Below, piece by piece: positions 53,913 to 64,000 of a DNA stretch of 64,000 bases. Location of the stretch: NCBI GenBank assembly GCA_030141605.1, contig JAQGDQ010000016.1, positions 622,282-686,281 of the forward strand. The letters run 5' to 3'. Below the pieces are notes generated by a model that saw only the letters and a list, made by a program, of their open reading frames with translations, had not been told where the DNA came from and searched no databases. This DNA comes from Tubiluchus corallicola. Its lineage: Eukaryota; Animalia; Priapulida. Each line of letters opens with the position of its first letter. The first letter of the stretch is position 1. A program made the position numbers and the translations under genes.

Positions 53913-53940
53913 ACGACGACGACGACGACGATAATAATGG
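53740..53940. repeat. Compound trinucleotide repeat (GAT/GGT/GCT/GAC)
   Basis: Seen directly. Confidence 0.95.
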
Positions 53941-56727
53941 CGGCTTTGGTAATGACAGTCATAAGAATGGTAATGATGACTACCTGCCATAACGAAAGTC
54001 AGTCCAAAAAATTCGCAGTCAAAATTTTCCAAAGAAATCCCTGGTTGGAAAGCGAACAGCAGAACGCTATTGATAAATAGCAAGGTTCATAAGGAGAAAA
54101 ATACTAGGGTCTAATTTCAATAGTCCAGTCCGCAATCGCTGTTATCAAAATCCCTAAAAAACTTTAATTTAAATTTCTTCTGATCATTATTATTATTATT
54201 CTGGTTGTTCACAAGATTCAGCAAACTACAGTCATAGGCTAATTATAATGATTTTTTGTACGTTGTTTTAATTACAAGAAGTTTTGACATTTTCAATTGG
54301 TAACAATTAATGGGTGGAAGCACAGTGTGATCAGATTACTGAAATTCGCACCGAAATGCTTTGCAGATTGCAGATTACGTGATTTTTTTTCCTACTTTAC
54401 TCTACAAGTCAAGATCTAGCACTTAAGGGCAGCGTACTTAGTGTAGACGGTTGTGGCACAACTAATTGTCTAGGTTAATCCTGTTAGATGAGACACTGAA
54501 CGGGAAGAAGTGTTATAGCTACACCCGGGGTGCATTCATCCTCTTGCCTTGTTTCTCAAACTTCAAACCAAATGAATCACCCCGCAACACATGGATGAGA
54601 AATTGCAAGGTTTAGCCAGAGTAATATTCGACCTGTGTTGTTTATTTGGGCAACAATTCTAAATACCACTACAACGACGATGGCGATGATGATTATAATA
54701 ACAACGATGTCGGTGATGATGACGATGTTGAGGACGACGAAGATGATGAGTCACAGATGAAGAACGAATACTTATAAGTTGAGTACTTATTCGATTTATA
54801 ATTAAAAACTTTTCCATATCAATCTTCAATGCTATTCTACCTATATGTGCAATTTCCAACTAATATAAACATGCTTTACGTGTATTCCTATAGATATACG
54901 CCCTCTGTATCTCTAGGCCCAACAATCTAAATATGTAAATAACGGGCCGCAGATAATTCAATAATTCAGCGACATCAGCTTATGAAAACAGTCACGGAGT
55001 TACAATGTAATGTGAGCAATCTGTCACGCTCGACTCAGAATTGACACTGATTCCATCTAGGTGATCTGTCACGCAATGCAGGTTTTTCGCTAACCCAACC
55101 ATGCGTTTTGACAAGAAGTGGCGACAAAACAAACAAGCCGTCTAAATTATTAATTCCTAATTGCCTTTATAACCTTCCATCAAAGGTCTGTTGTAGATCA
55201 TGTGAAACCTAGGCGGTTAAAATTGGCTTCTCATAAAAGTTACACGCACTAAGAAACAAAAAAATGCAAATTAAACAGTATGGTAATTGCACGTTAAATT
55301 AGATAGCATCAGTGACTAGTTGTATATAAGACAGAAGAAAAAACAAATCAAAGGACAAAACTTCACAAAAACGTCGTGAAATATACCATTTTTATGCACT
55401 TCGACACACTGCAAGCGGGAAAGTACCCAAAGCTAAGGAGATTTTTGTAGCCTGACACGTTAAAGCTTCAAAGGTGAGCAACTGAAACAGTAGCGATGAC
55501 TCCGATGTTATGTTCCGGTTTATGAATGATAGGTTACTTCCCAAGAAGACTACCGAACCCACGCCATTAAACCTGCCCAGGCGCCTTATCTACTCAATTA
55601 CAACCTCGCCACAACTGTCATTACATACAATTGGTTAGCGTGTTTCTAGTTCATACATTTAGGCTTTCGTGTCCATAAATTGCCTCTCATTATTACAGAT
55701 ACTATCATACTTGCATATTTGCCATTAGAATTTATGCTTTACAATTAACTCCATATCCATTAATGCACGATATTTATTAGTGAAACTAAAAGCATTGTGA
55801 TAAATTGCGAATGATTGTCCTCCATAACAATCACAGAATGGATACCAATCAATTACTTCCAGAAAGCACACATTGTTCGGATATTATATCCCTTATAATT
55901 TCTCTCCCTGCGTCCCAGTTCACTCTCAGAAAAAGGCAATGTTTGCTACACTGATCCTCAGCCTAAAGCGACTAGCTGATTAACAGCATCCAATTCACAC
56001 CACAGACGCAATGCAAATCATTTTATTGGCCCTTTATTATGCACTTGTAGAAAGGCAATAATTACATGATTTTAATCAATTTAAATATTTATAAATTTAA
56101 ACATTTTGATTCTTTTGAATGCTTAACTTCAATCCTTCATTTTAAAAAGGAAACACCTATCTTGTAAATCGGATTTTCGCCGTGTTTTCGATCGTTGTTG
56201 CAATCTATGTCGCAAAAAAGGAAAAAGTTCTGCCCCTGGACGAGACCGCGTATCGGATAGAAGGCTATTACTAGTTGATTTATGACCGCACTAATCTTCT
56301 TGAATGTAGAGCGCATGGGAAAAACTCACAAAGACTTAATTCTTTGTTATTTTATAAATCTCCCCTGACACAAAAGCACTATACAAACTGATGGCGCATT
56401 GAAGACAAAAACGCCCAGCACGGAATATAGGGAATGAAAAGCCAATTATCCAAAGTTATCTACTAACTCTCCCGTTGTTTTTACAACTTCGAAGGCTAGC
56501 AAAAATATGTGGGCTTAATTTGTTATTTTAATTATAACGGTCTAAATATTCTTGATATTATATTGTGGGTGTACATTTGTTTTTGTATCCGAATATAATT
56601 ATGTATGTATGTGCATAAATAATTGATGCAACAGCATGTTGTGCATAAGCAGCTGAAATAAAGCAATAAATCTGTGGATTATTGTGCCGTTCTGTCACAA
56701 GCCGGCAAAGGAAACGAAAAATTGAAG

Positions 56728-56729
<2 letters not shown>

Positions 56730-56813
<84 letters not shown>

Positions 56814-56822
56814 CAGAGAGAG
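56730..56822. repeat. (GA)n microsatellite
   Basis: Seen directly. Confidence 0.97.
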
Positions 56823-57547
56823 GGGGAGATTAGAGATTAAGAGATGATGCTCTGCCACAAACATCACTTACTATAGTTAAAACAGCATTGCACTAAAGGG
56901 TGTTTCTTCATAACTTGCTGCTGAGATTACCTTAGACATTTTACTCATTCCGCACTCTGATTTGGGTGATTGTCACTCTGCAAATAATATTAAAGCCCCA
57001 GATTCACTAAAGACATTAGCAGCTGAAGCCAAATAAAAGAGCAACGCGTGAAGAAATGGAATTTTGCACGAATGCATGTCACGATCGAAGAGCCCACAAT
57101 CACAAAAAACTGAGAGTTGACCTGGCGTCGATCACAGGCCGGTTTAATTGGGCACGAGAGCTCAATTGAAAAGGTTCTTTGTGCATCTGGTAGTTTCCAG
57201 CTAACGGCTTTCAATCTTTTGTCTTGCACGAATATTTTCCTCGATCTCCAGAAATGCTACGCTCTCTAAGGGCATTCTGCTCGAAAATGTGCGCAGAGTA
57301 ACAAGTGGCTTGCACTTGTCATCGATTTCCGCTTCCGTTGATTGGGACAAGACACTATAACCAGGTGCAATGGCGTGCGTAGAGCTGGGGGGGGGTGAAG
57401 TCGCAAGAGTTTGATACATGATATTTTAAGTGCATCCATTGAGAAGTTACAGGGTACTCATATAACAAGTTCGACTTAAAGGATTCGCTGGGACTCACTG
57501 AATTTCAAACTATGACTCCGTTAATAGATGCGAAATTTGTTCTAGTG

Positions 57548-57842
57548 CAGTGGTTCCCAATTTTTTTGGCCCACTGCTCATGGTTTTCAGAAGAAAACGT
57601 CTCGGCCCACTGCAATCTACACCCTCAGGAACACTTGGGCTTGCGCAAACATGCCGGATTTTTTCAAGCATTAAACAAACGACGAGTAGCGAAAATTATA
57701 CTAAGACGAAGTAGAGATATATAGATTCCATCCTTTGATAAAACCTTTCAAACATCACAGAAAGAAAAAACAAAGATTCTTTCATCAGCTTGTGTTACCC
57801 CCCCCCCCCCCGAGAGAGTACCCCACTGTTTGGGAATCGCTG
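57548..57842. mobile_element. hAT (Charlie-like) MITE
   Basis: TIRs CAGTGGTTCCCAA / TTGGGAATCGCTG; imperfect 8-bp TSD TTCTAGTG / TTTTAGTA. Confidence 0.7.
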
Positions 57843-58666
57843 TTTTAGTACATTCGTCCGCACGTCTGGGTTTATGTTTTTAAGTTTTCTCATTTCTCAT
57901 CTTGAATTCAAGAAGGCAAATCGGAAACCCGACTCTGTCAATCGACGCACAATTCGTTTTACTATGTTACGATAAAGTTTCATGACAATCCATTGCGAAT
58001 TGGTGGAGCCGTAGACTCTTTCGAAAATGATGTTCCAGCATCGGCTAGCCAATTGGACCAAATCTCTCCCAATCGGACCCCGCGCCTCGAAGGCCCGCGC
58101 AAAAAAAATTATCTACTTTCGGCTTTTCCTAAAATCACAACAATGCATTGCAAAACGTGATCGCTGCCATTTTTTCTATCAGTTATTGTACATCCCTTAC
58201 TAACGTCAATTGTGTTAACTACTTTGTACAGTTACATAATGCCTACAGAGGTACAAACAATCCAAGAGATGATTTCTCATTTGCAGACATCAGTATTTAT
58301 ACCTTGAATAGATATAACGGACGTTTGATGATGATAATGATGATGATGATAATCAAAATCATCCTTGCAGGTGACATCAACTAATGTGGCCCGCACATTT
58401 TCTTGAATGAAAAGTTGTCTTTCTGTAATAATATTGAGCTATGCAACTTATATGTGGTACAGTAGTTCTACTTCGCCTGTGCTTCTAAATTGTGTGGATT
58501 AATAAGGCAGTTAAGAGTATGTTTACTCGATCTTTTAAAAATCTTAGGATATGAAACAGTATCATTTGATGAAACTACATATAGTTTTTTTAGAAAATGA
58601 TGTTATCGCATGGAGTGGTTGCTGTGAATGTGAACCAACAACAGCAACAGCAATAGTAGTACAAGT

Positions 58667-59010
58667 TGAATTATTGAATTGAATTATAAATTTATTTCAC
58701 AGTGAATAACACATACAAATTGTTGACACACAGAATATACGAATCACTGTGACAAAGAGTTATTATTACATAGTAATTCTCATAAGTTATAACGTACAAA
58801 TTTGAACAAGATAAGTTTTGTTAGGATGAGTCAAATTGTGGTGAGTTAATTATACCGTTGTAGTAAGTATTTCTTTGATGTTTTTTAAATTGATAAAGGC
58901 CAAGAGTTTTCATTTCACGCGGAAATGATGACCAGATTTTATTAGCATTATAGTTTGTTAACTGTTTCTCATATATTTGTTTTTGAAAGAGGTGCGTAGT
59001 TTTCGACCGA
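58667..59010 (-). mobile_element. LINE (L2-like) 3' end fragment
   Basis: The reverse strand ends AAATAAATTTATAATTCAATTCAATAATTCAA, with a CACAGTGA..TCACTGTG stem before it. Confidence 0.5.
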
Positions 59011-59707
59011 ATGTTTTTGTAATGAAATATACCCTATATGGCGTACGTAGTCTGTAAAGTAGTATGCACCACACTATCTTTTGAAAGACTTAGGATATAA
59101 AACAGTATCATTTGATGAAATTATTATGCTGCAATCTTAGTGCAAATTGGCAGATCCTTAGGCTTTTTTCGAAAATGATGTTATTATCACCGCCATATTG
59201 AGTTCAAAACGACAGATCGAAAAATCGACTCCATCAGTCAATGCAAGGTTCGTTCTAATATATCCATATAAAGTGTTATGATGAGCCCTTATATCCTGGC
59301 GGAGCCTTAATGCTTTTTTTCAAAAGGCCATTCTTCAACAAGAGCAAGACTCGACCAAAAGCCAGTGTTATGAAACTAAGGCAGTTCACACGTCTATAAT
59401 TATGTGTTTTACGCTTAACGAAAATTCCTATGCACACTGTACAAGATTCACCAGACCAGTCCATACGAAACAAAATAACACTGAAGTACTGACGAAAATT
59501 CAATACTTTTCTAAATCAAATTCGAGGTCTGGCGCAACGAATTGCCGAACACATTTTCAGGACTGTACTCAAGACAGCATCTTCCTCCAATTGTTCAATT
59601 TCATGCCTTGCCGCCAATTGCAAATAAATCGTCTGCCATAGTAAAGTTTGCAGATTAAGATTTAGTTTGGAAGACGAGTGGAGTGGTTACTGTTAGTGTG
59701 AACCAAC

Positions 59708-59716
59708 AGTAGTAGT

Positions 59717-59787
<71 letters not shown>

Positions 59788-59903
59788 CGTAGTCGTAGTC
59801 GTAGTCGTAGTCGTAGTCGTAGTCGTAGTCGTAGTCGTAGTCGTAGTCGTAGTCGTAGTCGTAGTCGTAGTCGTTGTCGTAGTCGTAGTAGTAGCAGTAG
59901 CAG
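59708..59903. repeat. (TAG)n followed by (TAGTCG)n microsatellite
   Basis: Seen directly. Confidence 0.97.
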
Positions 59904-62126
59904 TTATAATTTCTGACATAATGTTTTCTACAAACTGTATAGCAAGAATGAATACAAATAGAAATATGAAAAAAAAACTGTAAACTATAAAAACATATAA
60001 TGTCAGACCACAGGTCTAACGAAATAAAAAAACTGAAGTTAATATTATGAAGCATTTACGACTTACCATAGCAATATTACTTTTGATTATTTTACTAATT
60101 ATAGTAGTTATGAATAAAACCATCCTCTTCCTACGTCCTCGAGTTTTGCCAATAAAATACAACACCGGAAAGCTCTCGCGATTCTGTGCTACATTGCATC
60201 CAGTACACATGTTTTTGTATAATTTTTTTTGACATTTTTGAACCTTTTCTTTTGGTAATATTTCTTCTGATGGTAAACTTACAGGATACATATAACTACT
60301 CCCCGATTTTTGTTTTTTATTATGTTTTTGATTACTATACTCACTTTATAAACCATCCTTGTTAAGCCTTGTAGATGATTATAACTCGTCTTAAGTGCTT
60401 TCAACAGCTTATTCGCAATTATACACAATTGCAATGTTTAGGAATGTTTTGTTGGAATTCGATGAATTATACGTGTACTTTGATAGACATGGAGACCCTA
60501 CGACAACGTTAAAATGGTTTATAACTTAGAACAGTTGTAAAGTCAGAATAAACCCATAAAACTTCGGCAAACTACCAGCTTGAATGAAAAACACAAATTA
60601 AAATATGTGAGAATGCGCTGAATCATTGCGAAGAATTTTCCATGGTCATCCAAACTCACGACAAACTAATCGGGAAATTTCAAAAGCATTCCGCTAATAG
60701 CCGCACTGTTACAGTTGTTGAGCCTAGTAATTTTCAAAGTTCTACAATAATCGATTTTAATTTCATTTCCTGACAATTTCAACAATGGTTTCTGCAAACA
60801 TCGCAACATTTAGCAATATCGCATTCCTTGATTATGCTAATGTTGATCATAAGATTATGTTAATCATGGTCACGTGATTCAAATCAAAGAGCATAAGTAC
60901 GCAGATTTTGTAGTTGAGTAGATTAACTACCACTAGGCGTCAGTGCAAATGACTTTCATTCGTTAAACACAGCTGCATTCCGCAACACTGCAACACAGGG
61001 ATAATTTTCAAGTTAGCCAATTGCTAATTTTCTGTTTGTATCTAAACCGCAAACAACGATAAAGCGTTTTCGTCTTAGCTCACTCATAGTGTAATGGTTT
61101 ACATGGTTTACAATAACTGATTCTTAATTAATCTTAAAGTAACTCTTGACTTTTTGAGATAATCCGTTTCAGTGCGAATAGTGCAACCTAAGTGAAACAT
61201 TTTCATAAAGCCATTCTATTTTATTCAGCTAAATGTTTTTTCAGAGTTTCTTCCAAAAAACAATTTAAATACTAAATACGAAATGCGTATAGCCTCAAAA
61301 TAATTCCACAAGGCATAGATGGGTAGCGTGGCTGTAATTACGTACACTATGTGCATAAAGCTTTCCGCAAAATGCTTCAATAATAACTTAGTACACGCCA
61401 TAAATCAGGTTAGCGAATTTTACGTGAAAGCAGCGTTGTTTGCCGGCCGAACAAAAATAGACATGGACTAAATGGAGATTTCTTTAAATGTATATACATG
61501 TATAGGCTATATGAATATGCTATAAATTATATAAACATTGAAGAGATGAAAAGCCTTTTACCATGTAGGCCCAATTAGGACCGCATAGTCTAGTTACGTT
61601 AAATACATGTACCATCAAACTCATTCGTATATATACCTACCATTCAACATGTTTGTAGGAACATATTTGAAGTTGCACAATCTGCATCTTGGAAACGAGT
61701 TGCATAAAAAACACGTTCTGTATTTCTCAGTATAGAAGTGTTCAGTTGTCAAACTTCATGTTCTGCACATGTTCGAGAGGTCGTGCGTGAGAATAGCGGT
61801 AAACTTGAAATTTGAATTTTAAAATTAAAATTTGCCGAGTTTTTGAATATCACACTGAATGTCGTGTGGCACACCGTACTTCAATGTTCGTTTTCAGAAA
61901 CAAGTGCAACACGCTCGTAGAACGTTTGTGCTATTGAAAATTGTTCACTTGTGATGTCATCACTCGTTCTGCTCGCCTGATGTTAATTTTCAGTTTTTAA
62001 CCTATTATTTAAATACCAGAAATCTCATAGCATTATTATAGGTAATAAAATGTAAGCAAGAAAATGTGAAAATGCTGAATTTGGTTGACCAGCTCAAGGG
62101 ATGAATGATGGACTGCCTTGGTCACC

Positions 62127-62260
62127 GGGGGTGCGGCGATCTATTGGTCTCAGGCGTCTGCAATGCAAGTATAAGCTCTCCGGATCAAATCCTGGGTGAT
62201 TTCCAGCTTTTTCACATTTCCTGTTTTTCAAGTTTGGTATTAAATTTTGTAATTAATTGT
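62127..62260 (+). mobile_element. tRNA-derived SINE-like head
   Basis: A-box-like CGGCGATCTATTGGT and B-box-like GGATCAAATCC about 50 nt apart; no complete cloverleaf. Confidence 0.4.
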
Positions 62261-63108
62261 GAGTTTAGATCATTATGACCTGCAATTAATGTGGTTTTCT
62301 AATATATCTTATGGCCTGATACCACTAGTTGTGTTAGCCCTTTTTCAGATTTCCTACCTCATGCTGCCACCAACTTCATCACCCCCATGATTTGCCATAC
62401 TTCGCCGCTGGAAAATTAAACAATTTATTTTTGCGAGCGAAGTATAGCCTCACTTCGCGAGCTAGCAAGTTTTGCCTTTTAGCGATTTATTTCTGAGCGT
62501 TTTATTAGTGCAAAACGCCACGAAATCATGAAAAGTTTGACGATAGGCTAAATGGAAATAACAAAAATATTGAATGGAAATCACACGACAACCAACCTTT
62601 CCACTCATGACGCTCTTGGAATGCAGTTTGTGTTGTACTAATTTGGAATTCCTTCTTTAAAAAGGGACTTACGATAACCATGTAAAGTGGCTATTTCTAC
62701 TTCCAAAATAATAATTATTGCAAAAATATGTCAACTATTTGCAGCTGAAAGAAAAATATCAATCTTTAATCTCAGTTAACAGACACAAATTTATCAGTTG
62801 GAATATTTTTACTGTTTTCCAGAACTCATGAACACGTGCATGTATAGCCTAAACAAAAGACTTACTGAAAATAAAATTAGTTGTTTCGTTGGTACGATAA
62901 GACTTACGTTGATTTTGACGCTGTTATATGTATGTTTTCAAAATGTAAAAAAAATACGAAACTGTAGTTAGTAGGTATAATTAAGTCAGTTTTTGTTTTA
63001 TAAAACTTGGGTTGTTTTAAATTTAGTAATACGTCCATGAGCCAAAACACAAAATTTCCTTGTATCGGTATCATTTGTGGGACAAACTGTAGTTGCCATG
63101 TTTTATTT

Positions 63109-63110
<2 letters not shown>

Positions 63111-63141
<31 letters not shown>
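63111..63141. repeat. (TA)n microsatellite
   Basis: Seen directly. Confidence 0.95.
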
Positions 63142-63143
<2 letters not shown>

Positions 63144-64000
63144 CTAGATTATATTAGATATAATAGACCGTGCTCACTGGTAGCTTATTAGTGGCACTGG
63201 CCTATTTGTGGGTCTATTCTGTCTAGTAAGATGTTATGACCCATTATGAGCCAATTGCATAATAGTAAAGAAAATTTTGAATAGCCCATAATGACTTACT
63301 ACCCTAAAGACTATCCCCATCACAGAACACCCCAGAAACGTATTAAATGAGACCCTGTTTATTTTCCTCGACTACTTTTTCCAATTGTAAGTTTTTATCT
63401 ATACAGAGTACTGCTCTCGACTTCGCTATATAAAATTACATTCACTGTGGGGCAGAAACCCAAAGTTGCTTAAATACATTTATGTTTAAATAAAAGGCCA
63501 TTTAATTCCACTAATTTTTATATTATTAAAATATATTATTATATTAATAAAATGATACGTTGCGTCATTTTGATTGGATAATTATGCCCCATTTGTGACA
63601 ATCTGCATTCACACCCCAATCAAACATCGTTAAAAAGATGTTAACCACCGACATTTAATGTCTTTTTTTTTATTGTACCAGGTTACATCTTTCCTAAACT
63701 GGAAAAATGTAGCCTAGTATCTTGGTTACCATATTGGATGTTAATCATAAGTTCAAATAGGGCAAGAATCTAGTTAAATACGAATGGGCTGTAATTGTAC
63801 CAACCAAAATGATGCAACATATTATTTTAAGAGTAAATGTGAGTAAATTGCGTAGCGAAATTAAGTAGCGTTTCATTTGAACATCAGTATGTTTAAGCAA
63901 CAGTGGTTTTCCAGGTAGGGCTTCACAAAACGCCCGGCTACAGCCCCACTCTGAATAACTGCTGATAGGGGAATTTTTATAGCAATGTCGAGAGTAGTAT

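Overview
AT-rich invertebrate (metazoan) nuclear DNA with spliceosomal introns, many microsatellites and decayed transposons; it is not prokaryotic, and most short ORFs in the track are spurious. All recognisable genes lie on the minus strand. (1) An alpha7-type nicotinic acetylcholine receptor alpha subunit (~15636-36571), which I rebuilt exon by exon to about 484 aa; the signal-peptide exon is tentative. It carries two tandem, intact, 87-nt copies of the pore-lining M2 exon (19762-19848 and 19636-19722) only 39 nt apart, so they are very likely mutually exclusive. This is the strongest finding. (2) An intronless secreted pentraxin-domain protein 1.8 kb downstream of the receptor stop (12738-13835). 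(3) An incomplete aquaglyceroporin with two recognisable exons, probably a pseudogene (8560-9646). (4) An intronless, divergent TTLL4-like polyglutamylase with an unexpected hydrophobic N-terminal leader (49770-51464). A perfect RFX X-box sits in the putative receptor promoter. The rest is LINE remnants, MITEs and simple repeats.
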